Below are positions 12,195 to 27,100 of a stretch of DNA of 64,000 nucleotides, piece by piece. Where the stretch lies: assembly GCA_965235115.1 (NCBI GenBank), contig OZ249441.1, positions 12,772,001-12,836,000 on the forward strand, in the 5' to 3' direction. The translations under genes were made by a program, and so were the position numbers. Source of the stretch: Laetmonice hystrix. Lineage: Eukaryota. The notes under the pieces are model-generated. The model was given only the letters and a program-made list of their open reading frames with translations. It had not been told where the DNA came from and did not search any database. Every line of letters starts with the position of its first letter. Position 1 is the stretch's first letter.

Positions 12195-15100
12195 TCAGGT
12201 ACCTGTATTCTTGACATTCAAATCAACATTGGGATTATGTTTGCGCATAAGCCCAAGAATGAGCTCTCTCAGTTCTTCACGCTTGCCCCGCACACGTTCA
12301 TACGGAAACCAGTCTGCCAGTGCCTTCATTGGAATGCTATAGTCCCTGATTGGGTCCTGGAAAACACGAGATATATTTAAGAGTTAGTGACATACTTTTT
12401 TTGCTATTACAAAATATTCATCAAAACATTAGCCTTCTCCATCTATGTAATTATACCATCATAAAACTCGTTTCAACATTCCCAGGGGTGAACTTGATGA
12501 GGTAACTTTGATTTGGAAAATTTACTGCCGTGACACTAATACCGACACTAATACACATTCTGGTATTCCAAGTCTGGAATTCCAGATGAAAATAAATCCA
12601 GCCCTGGTTCAAAATAAACAAGAAATATAACAAATTGATGCGACTCTGAGATAAACACATGAACAGGTCCCCATAGTTAAACGTTGCACAAAATGATGAG
12701 CACAAAACAATGAGGCATAACAAGATCTCTTGATAGAATAGAAATAAAAGATTTACCTCAAAGAACGTTTCCACATATTGTAGCACAAAGATGCCACAAT
12801 CACTGAAATTAGTCTGCTGTGGACATTTGGGGTTCCCACCCTTAATGGCATCTTTGTCAAAGATTCTTTCTCCCTCCTTCTCTTTCTTGCGTACATCCCA
12901 TTCAACTTGTAGGTAGCTTCAAGAAGTAGAAAAAATTAATACTTTCTTTATATGACACAATAGCAAATGTTCAGATTAATAAATAACACAAAAAAAATAT
13001 GTGGCACACAGCACGAAACTTCTACTGCAGTGTTAACAATATGTGTACTAGCACACCTTTACTCTTGTTATAATAGATCGCTTACAAACATTTAGACTGA
13101 TAGAGCAAACTTCAAATGTCTTTCATAGTCTTTCAACTGCATATACAAGGAAGGAATGCTACTCACTCTCGAAGAGTCCGAATTACACTACCACGAGTAG
13201 GCCCAGCCAAGGAATCAAAAATGAGAATGCAGGGTCTGTAACAGAAAAATAAGTTGGTCAAACAGAGCATTAACCTCGACTCTGCCTCATCAGGCCAGTA
13301 CATGTACAACAAAAACATTGACCCCAAGCCCCTTCACTTTATTTTGCACATGTTCACACACAGTTTACGTACTGTTTCATTGTTATCACTGCATGCTTGG
13401 TTTTTGACCTGGCCCTGCTGGTGTTGGTGTCTGAGGCCTGTGAGCCTTTGCTGTCCTCAGTGTTTTCAGCTTGACTCCCAGCAGCCTCTCCATCACTTTT
13501 TTCCACAGCCTCAGAGCCCTGTAAACAAATATTTGTTTCAGAACATTTTGTGAGTGCAACATTGACTTCCATGATTTCTATTGACTGTCATAACACTTGT
13601 TTAAAAGATTTAAATGCAGCACTCATGCTTGTAAAAAAAAATTCTTAGAAGGATAGGTTGCTGCCATACATCTGCATTCATATTTTTCTTCATTTTTACT
13701 GCTGTATATCATGCTACACGGAATAAACCCTAGTAGCTTTCTTTGCCCACCAGTTCTGACAAACCTGTGAATTTGATGGTGACTTTGTCGAGTTTTGACT
13801 GTTTTCCTCTGTCTGGTGATCGCTGCTGGCCTCGGAGTTGCCTTCTGCGATAGTGGGTTCACCTGCCTCCTGGCCGTTGGTGCTTGGGACATCTGGGAGG
13901 TTCACAGGTTGTCTCAACCCAGGAAAGCATATCACAGCCAGGTACCAGTGGGCACTGTAAGGACATGACCAATAAATCACATAGCTAATCTAGACAAACA
14001 CTGACCAACTCGGGTCTAATCAAGTGAACAGCTGAAAATGAAGGGAGAAACAGCCTTAGTTAGGAACTAGCAGAACAGGTATAACTAGCCCGACTGATTG
14101 CTAAAGCAATACAGGGATCCCTTCCCCTGACGAGGAACAATTAAGCAATAATAAAAATAATGATAACGAGGCAATAGGTGTTGCTAGGCAAAACCAGATC
14201 CCATTTCCTATTTATGTACATGACGTGCACCTAGCCATGACGTGTACAACTACGTGACGTGTACCTAGCCATGACGTGTACCTACCCAAAACCAGACATG
14301 GCGATTAGTATGGCTATAATGTTCAATGGCACAACAGGCATTGGTGTATTATGACGTCATTTTGACGTTATACGTCAGGGGTCCCTGATATTTTGCCGAC
14401 ATATTGATATGTGACCATCCCTGGCCCAGATATTCTCAATTCAATACAATACAATATGTTTATTCACAACCTCGATGGAGGCAAAGGAACAGGGTCAGGG
14501 ATTGTATAGTATAGTAGCACTGCTCACTCCATCTGCCGCCGCCAGGGCCCTGCCCCCTAGCATGAGGACAGTGTGTAGTCGAGACGTGCTGCTACCTGGT
14601 GTCAAACTTCGCCCCCCCCCCCCCCCACGGTTGATTGTGTGCTAACGATATATATATGCTAACGATATGGGATTTCATTTCTCACTAGCCATTTCCTTAG
14701 CCAAAACGCAGCCATACTTTTTCAAACGTTACACACAAGGAGCCATAAATGTTTAATCTATACATCGACTTTCAAAGGAAAAGTCTACATTAAATATTTA
14801 CAAAGACAGGCATCAGTAGCAATTCAAAGTAGTACCAGCAGGCAGAACGTAATAGATCTTGAGAAGAGTCTATGCTTGATGTGCGACAGGTCTGGCGTTC
14901 GTTTCCCCATCAAGTCATTTGCTGTTTTCGTTTTGATGTTTTTTTTCCGGCTGAATTTGAAAAATATTATGTTTCTCCCCGTGACAATTGCCAGTCGTTC
15001 GGCTACAGATTATTTACAGCTATATATCACGTTTAATGACGAAATATACAGCATAATATAGGCCTATGCCACTGTCCGCAGTGTGGACTTAGTATGGAGA

Positions 15101-18100
15101 ACGCCATTGGATTTAACTGAGATTTGTTAGTAAATAGCTTCGGTCTTCACATGGCGAGTTCCCTTCCGAGACTTGGCATCTTCTCTTCAAAGTTGCCTGA
15201 CATTGAGCTAAATATGTCCCCGAAGTACTCCCCTATTTATAGATAGAAACATTAGATACTTATTTCTACAGACTAACAGAGGCCGGTCGGCTCAGTGTCT
15301 GCAGTCGGCCCCTTCCAGCGGACAACGAGCGGTGACCCGACGTCACTCACGAAAGAGGTTTCTGGGTCACTCGATCAGTGGTCAAATTGCCTGTCTCTCT
15401 TCACGACCTTCTCTTATATAAGTGATCTCCGTTTTGTTAATTATATATTTTGCCAATTGAAATTTATAATATCTTAAAGTAGACAGTTTAAAGTCCACAC
15501 CGTGTAAATATTAAAACGCTGAGCTTATTGTCCCGTAGTTGAGACGTGCCCCAAATTAAGAAAGAGATGACGCTGTAGATGACGTTGTAGATGATGTCAC
15601 AAGTCACGTGGCACAAAAAATACGGTACCTAATTAAAGTAGACATAAAACTTTCTAAGGTTCATTAAAAATTATGGCTCTGTCTCAAATCATTCAAGAGT
15701 TACAGCAAGGAATCTTCCAAATGACCCAAGTCAAGCACAACACTCAACACTTTCAGGTCACGTGGTTCAGCGAAAATAGGTCAAATCGCTTAGTGGCCCA
15801 GGAATCTAAAGGAGCTCTCCCTAGAGAGTGCTTCTGCCAAATATGGTCAAATTTTATCAAGAAATGGGGAAGGAGATACGACCGAGTTGTGAGTAAGGAC
15901 CCAGGTCTCCCTAAGTTCAAAGGTCAAAGGTCAAATGAAGGGTCAGAATTATGCAACAGCCTTGCCTGACTATAAAGCAATAACAGGTTTGGGAAATTCC
16001 CCAAATGAGGTTTTAAAAATGGCTTAAATGCACAAAACACGTTTTACATCATGACGTCATGACGTAACGTCACGTGACGTCATCACGCACCATGAGATCA
16101 GAGTTTGTCATCGTCAAGCTGTATCCCAAGTTTCATTGAGATATCTTGAAAAATGACTGAGATATAGGTATAGGTTAACTACTACTACGACCACGACTAC
16201 TACAGGCATAAAAATAAGGAAGACGAAACCACACAATTTCAAGATCCCTTCCCCTATCGGGGGAAGGGATAATTAACAACTTAGACAGTCACCTTTCGTT
16301 TATAGGAACAATCACAAAGTTCTTCTTGAACAGGTCCACATGGCGGGTCCATGTCCGTACACGCTGATGTCTACGTTGTTGAAGGCTGTGGAATGAATAC
16401 AAAACTGTATTTAGTCAGACCACCTTGATGCCTGGTAATATGTTCAGATTGTAAAACATACTGATACAGATTCAGTTTAAAACAGAAAATAGCAGAACAG
16501 GTTACTGAGAAGGGTGTTTGGATGGCAAGGTACACAGATTAAAGAAACTGCTTAATAAGGTCTTGCTGTATACAAATGGAATTCACACCAAGCCAATCAC
16601 TTCCAAAATACAGGCTTCTTACTACAGCCCTGACTAAAAACAACCAGTAACCACAGGATGGGTTTCACTTCAGTCCTTTACTTGTGCTTAAAAAAGTTAA
16701 ATATGACGACTCTGAAATATACTGCAGATTTTGAACCCTCCACTCTTAAGGCTATCACGCACTGGACAAAATTGGGGCGTGATCGGGTGCCAGTGGGTCA
16801 TAGGCAGTCGGGATCCAGTCGGCCTGAAGCATTTCCGATCGCCCGCCGATCGCCCCCCGATTCATTATCAAAAAAGTTTGATAACTGATATCAGTGCGTC
16901 ATAGCCATAAGATACGGAGAGGAGTGGCATTCACCTGAGTGTGAGGTCTTCATCATTTCGTTTGGCTCTCTGTGTTAGTCTACGGTAGAAAAATGAGCTG
17001 AATATGTGGGTACAAGCTTTCTCTTCCTCAGTCAGCACCTCAAAGAACAGATACCTATAAAAACAGAAGTTAGGCAATTATCAACCAAGAAGGGGGACAT
17101 CTACGTCAGTATATACGTTGTCATGTTCAATGAAACAGTAAATATTTAGTTTAATACTAGATATTGAATTCCCACATTTTATAGTGAAATGGGCCAGGGA
17201 GGGAGGGCTAGGGGGATTGTACCGTTTATGGTAAAATTGAATGCAGTTTATAAATAACAGGTCTAATGAGTGAAAGTACTAGCATGGCATCTGAACTCAC
17301 TTAAGATAGAAATCTATGATGACATCATTTAAAAACTCTCCCTCATTCAGACAGAACAGGTCCTCGTTGGTGATAGTAATTCCTCCTGTGGCAGGGGGTG
17401 GTGGGTAGGTGAGCAATCTGTGAACACAAATAAGATTCTGTTAATATGTTCTCTATACTACATGCTATACATCATCTGATTACTACATTTCATATCATTT
17501 TTTTGTTATCCATTTAAATACTATCCTCATAAAGCCTGACATGTGCAATGATAAATCTCTGGACAGCCGTATGACGTGAAGTTGTTAATAATATATAAAG
17601 ATAACCAAGAACTTACTTAGTGATGGGCCCCTCAAACATGGGCCTAGGTGGGGATGGTGAACGACTCCGATCAAATGGTTCTTCATCTTCATCCCAATCC
17701 TCATCATCCATATCTTTGTTTGGGCCCCCCAGGATCAGTTGATCCATAGACGCCCCGAGGTGAGGGGTACTTTTCACCAGGATCTGGTTTGCATGGTCAT
17801 TGTCAATTTCGTTAAGTAGGATGCCAGATGATACTGATGGGTTGTCAAGTTGTATCTGGTGGAAGATTTTCCGCAGTCTGTCTATAGATGCTACACTGAA
17901 CTTGTTGACAAGCAGGGTAATCCGCTTGTGAGACTCTTCTGCAAAAGTGAAATAATTTCTTTTTATACAAGATCAAAACATCTGAGAGCCATGACTTAAT
18001 GATATTCTTACAAGACTAGTTTTACAAATTCTAAAACATATAGGATGCAATTCTCTGAAAAGCCCTTAGTGACACATTTATAGGGGAAAATACACAGTTA

Positions 18101-21100
18101 CCCCAAGCACATTACCAACCTTTGCTTGCTGGGTCAAAGTATGGTCCTGCTTTTGTATTCATGTGGCATAGTGTACGTATGCGTTTGGCACATTCTGGCG
18201 TGGCCAGGATGAACAAAACTGGCATGTTGTTACTGAGGTGAGCCATGACCTTGATAATCTCAGAAGCCTTCACCGTCACATGGAGAGCATCATTCTCAGC
18301 TGAAACATTCACAACACATACCGTATATATACCCCCCTACTCTGAATCAGCAACCAGTCATAATGTACTGACTGAATCAGCAACCAGTCATAATGTACAA
18401 ATATCATGACTGAATCAGCAACCAGTTATAATGTACTGACTGAATCAGTAACCAGTCATAATGTACTGACTGAATCAGCAACCAGTCATAATGTACTGAC
18501 TGAATCAGCAACCAGTCATAATGTACTGACTGAATCAGCAACCAGTCATAATGTACTGACTGAATCAGCAACCAGTCATAATGTACAAATATCATGACTG
18601 AATCAGCAACCAGTCATAATGTACAAATATCATGACTGAATCAGCAACCAGTCATAATGTACTGACTGAATCAGCAACCAGTCATAAATATCATGACTGA
18701 AACTCCTACCCAGCATGTTGATCGTAATTCCGTCTGTGCTGACAAGGACATCCTCAAGTGGTGTCCCTTTCAGCGATCCAAGTCGGCAGCTTCTGACAGA
18801 CACTGGTGTGGACATTGCCCCTGTAGGTGCCATAGCTGCCAATGCTCGCTGCACGGCTGCAGTATGATGTATGCGGGACGACATGACTGGGTTGCCGCTC
18901 TGTAAGCATGAGATGTCACTCCTTAAGGCACACTTTACTACAGATTCGAAGTGGGGAGACGAGGTATATATGGAGTGGCACTATTTATCTTAATTTAGTG
19001 CATTACATATCGTAAAATTACTAATTAGTCCAAAACAGGATCATGCTTAAAAAAAAGAAGAGCATCTGAGATACCACGGGGTAACTTACAGCATCTTCCA
19101 TTTTTTGTCTGCGGTTAGGAAAGGTGAGGGGTGGAGTTGGCGTAGATGTGCGGGATCCAGCGGGTGATGTGTTCTCTAGGGGTGGATCAACCTCCATCTC
19201 TGCAACCCCCATCATGGTAGTTGGTGACATAACATTTCCTCCTGGGCCCTCGTCATCTGATGACAGGATGGTGACGGTCTCTGAAAGTAGTAAAACCATG
19301 CTCACTAACCTCTTCACTCTGAACATGTTTTCTGAACTCTTCTAAAACGGAATAGCTTTACAATACCAAAAACACAATACCAAAAGACAAATCATAAAAA
19401 TTGGTATTTTTTTCAAATAACAATATTGATCACCTTTCCTGACTATTTAGCCATAATAATAATATATATTATAACCTGCTGCCTCACTTTTGCTACTCTA
19501 CAATTGTAGATTATTGGAAATGGAATAAAGTGTCACTACAGGGCCAACACCTGTCCCAAGTTGGGGACTAGTTACCTGGCTCTGGGCGGGCCTTGCGCTG
19601 CCGTTTCCCACCTCTTGCTGCCACACTTGCTGGCAAGGCTCGGACAATCTTCTTACCAACTGCAGCAGTTTTGGTGACTGGTACAATTTTACGACCTTGA
19701 TACATATAGACAACGTTGCCTGCTCCATCATCTCCATAAAGTGCCATTGTTTGTGCAAGCTGCCAATAAGGAAGTAAACATATCTGTAATCATGTCATGA
19801 CCAAGATTAAAGAAATACTTATACTTAATGACTTGAAAATAACCCAGTCAAAAGAAAGTTGGCAAATTCTTTTTAACAAGCAGAGCTTGACCATGTGTTT
19901 CCTGGTGTCCCAGTAAGGAAATGAGGTTATCAATGCTCCAGTCCTTCTTTGTAGGCCGATCTTTAAAGTTACCTACCTTCTCACCATAGAACTTCTTTTT
20001 GTCGAGTTGGTAGATGAGGGTGTTGGGTTGTGAGGGGACAACTGTTTGTGTAACAGTTGTAGGAACACCTCTGTCAAGTTTGGCTGCTTTATTAGGACCG
20101 TCTGGACAGTAAAACTTGGGCTGTTCAGGCATCATCTTGTGGCACCTTACACACTCATTGTAATCTTGGCTCATTTGGCCACAGTGGTCACATACTGCAA
20201 ATTTGCCTTCCTCGGTCTGCAACAGAATACATAATTACTAGAACTCTTTGTCTTCCCAGGTTCTATCTTCTTTCAAATAAACTGGCATTGTTGGTTCCTC
20301 AATCTACCTGACCCTACTAACATTTTCCATCATAACAAATTTCGAAATCAAAGCCTATGGAATACATTTCGTACTTTAATCAAATGTATGTGTACTCATG
20401 ACATGAGTTATATCATAGCATACATACAGGTTTTAAAGGTCTTTTCTTCACCTCTGCAGTCCTCATTTTAAAACTGACATCCTGATCAACTTGCTGCTGC
20501 ATATCTGAAACAAGAAGAAAATGTGTTCAGGGGTCTGAACAATAAGTCACCCCTGATCTGGAAATTTTTCAACCCTGTCACAAGGAAAATAAACCATATG
20601 ATTATTAAATTGTAAGCATCTAACATGAAAATATTTAAAACACCATAGATTCTGCTGTTCCAAATATGGTATTCCATATAATTCTGGAAATCCTGCACCC
20701 CCTGATGAATGTTACTACGAACAATGAACTACTGGTTCCAACATTTTAAGACCATATATGAGAACCTGTGCTTTGAACTGTTCTTCTTATTAACAAATTA
20801 ACAAAAATACCACTCACTTGGACCTTCAGCACCATTATCTCCAGCAATTTGGGGGTCAGGATCCTTATCAGGGTGAAGTGCTCTCCTACAAAAATAAATA
20901 AATAATATTTGGAAATCACATGATCATGAACTAAAAAGGTATGCTTACCAGAAAAATGCATGCAGAATGCACTTGGCATTAAATATGGAAATACTTCAGG
21001 GCGAAGGCCTGCCCCACTCCACCACCAACAGGCAGTAGTCCTTCCACCAATGGCTTTGGCCACTGGGTACAAAGTATTGTCGAGTAGCACCTATCTTTGT

Positions 21101-24100
21101 TTAAAATGCAGCAACACTCATTTTACTCTAATTCTCAGCCTAAACCCTATGCTTGCAGGACAGCTGACAATTTAATTCTTCAAAGAAAGTGTTCATTCTG
21201 TTGAGGGGTGTTCCATATTTTTAGGCGATTTGACCTTGTTTGTATCCCAAAGCAACCTACAGTCTGGAAATCAAGTCAGATCATTATGTGGTTCCAATAA
21301 AGTCCTGCATATTTTAAGTATCTGCATGTTGTGGAAATCGGATGAGTTTGTCTGGTGGGGGAGGTCTGAATTGGGAGATAATTAATGCAGACCTTGACAG
21401 TTGTTCCTTGCCAACGGTTGAGTGGAGCCACCTCCGTCCACCTACCAGAGTGGCAGGCCCAGGCTGGAACACCACTTCTGTCTTCACAGGCATCCTGTTA
21501 CGACAGCAACAGTCCTTTTGACACACACAACACTCGACCTCACACAACAACTCCTGCTACTTTACAAATGAATATTTATTCGACAATTTAGTTGTGCAAC
21601 TTTCATTCAGAGCTAAGCTTTACCTTTCGCTACAAGTTTTGTACATCCTGCTTCCTATGCAGACACTCCTAGTAACCACAGAGCATATATTCACGCACTA
21701 AATCTACAATGTATACTTGTATACAATGGGACAAGCAGTGTCCATAAATTTCCCATGAGTATGCTGCATCTAGGCTTCCTCCTCTTAAAATAAAATCTGA
21801 TATTTTGGTGCATGCACATGGTTTCCCCTTGTGGACTGCTGCTTAGGGGACAAGGAAAATGGGTGATCCCCAATACATTCCTCAGCCTTCCAACTTAAAA
21901 CAGCCTTCTTTATTTCACTAGTTAAGTGCCTGGGAGCCTAAAAGGGTCATTAACTCAAAGCCAGTACTACGGCCTCAGGTCACGAAAAGAATCAACATCA
22001 TTGGCCGATTCAGGCACTGGCTCATTACAATGTTTCGGTTACAACTCGGCCTAGTTCTTAACAATTTAAAGTGCTACAGACATCGCATAGGCACCTTTAA
22101 TGATCTTTTGTAGACGTGTCCGAATTTTTCTGATAAATTCCCTCAGAAAGTAACATTTGTAAAAATATTGACAATTTGAATCATGTGCTGCTAGTGATGA
22201 CGTAAGCACGGGCAGGCAGGTGGGCCCTGGAGGGAAGGCGACTGGCAGACAGATTGCCGGGAGAACTGGTCATTTTGATCACAGATTACAGGCAGTTCAC
22301 GTTGTTGTACGACAACCGTTCCTTTACAGAACAATGACAAATTACAAGTACTATCGGGATCTGGTACAAAATTTCATGTTAATTATGATGTCTGTACCAC
22401 TTTGAGATCTTGCTTAAGCCTAAGGCTTCTGATTTGCTGGTCTCAGCAGACCAGTCAATCAGAAGCGTGAAGCTTAAGCTTAAGCAAGATCTAAGGATTT
22501 TACGAACTAGGCCCTAGTTCTTTGGTTAGAAGTATGCCCTAGAAATCTTGTCCAACCTTGGACCTTTTCCAACCTTCACAACAAAAACTGTTTTTCTCAC
22601 CCTTTGGTTGCTGTGTTACGCAGTGGCGACATACCGACAGTTGAACTCTTTATCACTTGTTGCTGGGCCTGTTTGGCCCCACCTCCTCCTCCGCGCACTT
22701 GCCCTGAACCTTCTGGGGCCACTGAAATATGAACCTCAACGTCACACTTCACCGAGGGCTACGGCAGTGGAAGAAGACATCATTTTTCAAAGGGATTGTA
22801 CCGGTAAATATACCGAGTCATGACCACTGACAGCATTACAATCACAGCCCAATATGGTACAGGTTTTACAATCACTAACACACAATCCCTTACCTGTAGA
22901 TTTAAGCTTGAAATGTTTCCCATCCCACATGGTTATAACTCTTGTTCCATTAGGATAATCCAACTGATATTCCATTCCTTCTACCAAATTCACTTGTTCA
23001 ACATTTATCGGTCCAGGAAGGGCTCCTTCTGTGCTTTCCAATGACGAAGACGATGAGGAGGAAGAAACGTCCATTTCATCCATTTGAAGATTCGAACTTG
23101 TTACTGTCGATTGCTGCACTTGAGCATTTAGGGCAGGCTGCTGTTGTTTTGGCTGCTGCTTTATTTGGTTAGCAAGGGTAGTTACAGATCTCTGTGAAGT
23201 GTTTCCTGGGGACAGGAAAATCATATTGCCTAACATATATGCCTGTTGTTGTTGTTGCTGTTGTTGAGTATTTTGCAAAACAGATTTTATGGTTGTGGGT
23301 TTTGGATTTTGCACCCTGGATGTAACTACTGAATCCCGAGCTATAGTTTGATGCACCCCCACCATCTGGGAATTACCATGTGGTTGCTGCAATGACTGTG
23401 CCTTTTCTAACAAGGTACCAACGTCCGATACATTTGGGTTACTGGCAGCAGCAGGCAGCTGAGGACGGAGGGCCTGAGCTGTCCTCTGCTGTGTGTTTAT
23501 GACATTAGAGTTCACACAGGACACTGGCTGAGCCATGCTCAGCCTCTGCTGCAGCTGCTGTGATGTCCTAACATAGTGAACCATCCGTGTTTGGTTTATA
23601 CTCCTTGGTGTTGCTGAAACTGATGCTACTGGTTTAGTTGATGAACTCATGTGAACCTGCCCGGTCCCCATGGCCCCCTGTGGTCGTGTCATGACAAAAG
23701 TTTTATATGTAATTCCTTGGGGCGACTGGTGGAGAACCGGATTGCTATACATGTCTTTTGAGGGTGCTGCTGGAGGTGCGAGAATGTTCCGTAGGCGGTT
23801 TATTCCCACCTGCATCTGGGCAGGGGTCATGACCATGTTGTTTGTGGTGAGGACTGGCCCGACTGTGCTCAAGCTCTGGACTTGTTTCCCTGGCTGACTC
23901 AAGCTACAACCAGTAGTTGAAACTACAGTGGCACTAGAGGTTGGATTGTTGTCACTTTTACTTGGGCTGTTTACACTTGCCATGGTTGTACCTGGCAAGT
24001 AACTTTGGCCATCGGGAGACCCAACACTACTGGCATCATCTGGAGAATTTCCTTTCTTTCCTCTACCTCTGGGTTTAGCAGGCTTTGACTGGGGAGTCTT

Positions 24101-27100
24101 TGTTTTCGGCTTCATCTGAGGAGATGCATCAGGTGGCTGAGGCTGAAAATACCATGAAGAATGAGAAATCAATTATTTTCATTGAGTTGATGGAGCTAGC
24201 CTTATAAAAGACCTGGTTCTGCAGGAGGTTCTTTGATGAAGTCAGTACTGAAACTTTCGACAGTGCCATAGACAGACACCATCTCTGATCACTAAACTTC
24301 AGAAAAAAAATCTCTCCCAACACTTATTGTTTATAAAGGTATTCCATCCCCCTTCTTCCACCTTTATGGCAGCTAATGATGTTATCTTTTAGGGGTTAGG
24401 GTGACCCCACTTCAATCATCTTTTTTTGTATATTCAGTGTTCTCCACCAGATGAAAATTCACATCGGTGGTGAGCTGGGGGTCTGGAGGCCGCAGGCCTG
24501 GCAGATCCTGGATTATAAGGATTTTTTTTTTCTTTGGGGGGGAGGGTGTGAAAGATTCACAAAGTCATCCTCATCAGCTCAATTATGATAGTTGTTCAGG
24601 TTTAAATCATAGCACAGCATACCGGCGGCCACGTTGGGCACTCAGTACACCGGCGGGAGACAAAAGTACACCGGCAGGCCGCCAGTGTACTGTGTGGAGA
24701 ACACTGACATTTCAACTTGTTGCAGGGTTGCCAGGCTCCGACCTCAATCATAATGACATAAAGATTTTTTCTTCTAACATGACCATGTGGCCTCTCCTAG
24801 TTCAATAATGTGTTTTATTACTTGTAACACTAACAGGGTCATAATTAGGTATTGTTTGACAGGTCCTCAGAAAACCACTCTCATGTTTCTTAGTAAAGAT
24901 CTACAGAAGAAAACATGACAGCTGCATGCACGGATAAAAAAGGTATTAATACGCTTAATAATATGGTGATACTGTAGGATTAGTAAACAATTCTCACTGG
25001 CTATCTAAGAGTCAAAAGAAATAAACTAAGTAACCTATACTTGCACAATATTGGCAACAACTTAAGTTTATGCAGAAAGTCATCATGTGCTTACTGCACA
25101 GGATTTACATTAATGTTTTGATATAAATGTCATAATAGCTCAACTTAAACAAGTCACATGCAAAGGTTTTGAACACAATAGGCATACCTATAGCACGAAA
25201 GTCAATCCTGGTAGATGACAACGTACAGAATGATCCATTATAATTACCTTATACTGGCATGTCTTGGGTAGACAAGTCCCATCACATCCCCCTAGCTTGA
25301 CACACTTGCATTGCAAACACTTGGACTTGCGTTTACATTCACAACACTTAGGATTATCCTGAAAGCACCAAGCAGTGCATGTTCAGTTACCATTGAATAA
25401 CTGGTCAGTTTTAAATATCAACTGTATACACATGACATATGCATAAACTAGCATTGTGATGTTTCAGACAATAAGACATATTAAAATTTTTTTTTTAAAT
25501 GTCTTTAAAATTCTGCCCTTTCATCCACAGGCAACTTTTGTGTAAATCAGCGTTTGCAACACCACTCACAGTTTTAGTATTAATGCCACAATATCATTTA
25601 AAATTAATGATAACTCAAAAGGATGGAAAAACCTTTTTTTCTCTTGGAAATCAGCATTTTTCCACAAGGTCTTTGATACAGACTGTACCACACCCTTTTT
25701 CAAGCTTGTGCATGATAAAAGATAGAGAACTCATATGCACACTCGCTTGACCTTTTTACAGTTGGTTGCGAGAGCAAAGCTAATGTATGTTCGTAGTTTT
25801 CAATTATTTCAGTGTTTAGATTCAAGAAATTGAACTCAACGCAGTCTGTCTGGGGGATCACTTGTCATGTATTTGATGCAGCAAAGCAATGAACACTAAC
25901 GGTGTTTCTCAATGTATCCCTTTCAGGCAGCATTAAATGGTCAATCAAGCTGCTCAAACACTACATCACTGTAAACCTAACAGGAATGTCTTTTTAATTA
26001 AAGACACAGACAAAGGCACCCTTTTTAGAATGACCGTATAGTATGGTATGTTAATTTGTTAAGACTTGCTCATGTTGAGCTTCTTGGCATTGAACAATAG
26101 GGAGCTGAAGTAGGTCACGAGATGTTGCACTCCAATGCAATAAAAGTCGGTTTTGGTGACACTTCATTATCGCTTAAGCTTGTTTAGCATTGTGCCGGCC
26201 ATAGGGAACAGCGACTGTCAACTTCGACCTGTGATTTCTCTGTACTTATGCTGCTCTTAGTAATGAGCCTTCCCAGGTGGAAAATGGTGAGGCCCTTAGG
26301 ATATCAAGGGGCAAAGCCCCTGTAAGCTGAGCAAACAAAATCAGGTACCTTAGAGTTTTCACAAAACACAGTTTGCATCGAGACTTTATGCCAGGATGAC
26401 GCAATGTTGCAATGTTTGCTGGCAAGTTTTGATGAATTCGAACAGGTTTTACCCCCCCCCCCCCATCATAATGCATTTTGAGATCTCAACAGATTTGCAT
26501 CGATCTCGATGACCACAAATTTAGATGTAAAAATAATCGGAATTCCGAGAATAATCGGAACACTCTCCTGCCTGTATATCTCCAGTGGGAAAATTTGTGA
26601 CATAACAATTGTTTGTCAACAGCGCTGCAGTTTTGACGCTCCATTTGTACTAAGAAACAATGATCACTGCGCTTCGTCCGTGCTACACCGTATTTGAATG
26701 AACAAACTGAGAATTTCACCTACTAAGGTAACATCCAATGAATGCACTGATGTATCTGTTTAGGTAACATCTTTTGTGCCTTCTCAGCAGGTTTTAGAGA
26801 CAATGATAAACGATAGGACCTAAATGGAACCTCAGCAGAATAACAGTTGCTTCTGTGATTTGAACATGGCTGTAGAGTACCAAGGAGGCAGAATGTCAAC
26901 AATCTGGGAAAAAGTTGGGTTGCATGTTAATGGAAAGTGGTGTCATCGTGTTTGCTAGTTTGCTGAGCAGTGTGGTAAATTATTGTAATATTACAATGTT
27001 TCTGTGCAATTAAGATCAAACAGAAGCAGTTTGGGAAGGGTTAGTGGTGAAATATTTGATGTCATATTGGATTACTTTAATAACTTAACAGTCTAACATA

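Noticed and set aside
18404-18597. ORFs [10 protein letters not shown]-repeat (+) and [10 protein letters not shown]-repeat (-)
   Set aside because: By-products of a 30-bp minisatellite lying inside a SENP intron.
19281-19341. Longer SENP exon start ([20 protein letters not shown]) suggested by the ORF track
   Set aside because: The phase-1 acceptor TACTTTCAG|AG at 19280 has a better pyrimidine tract and matches the upstream phase-1 donor at 19576.
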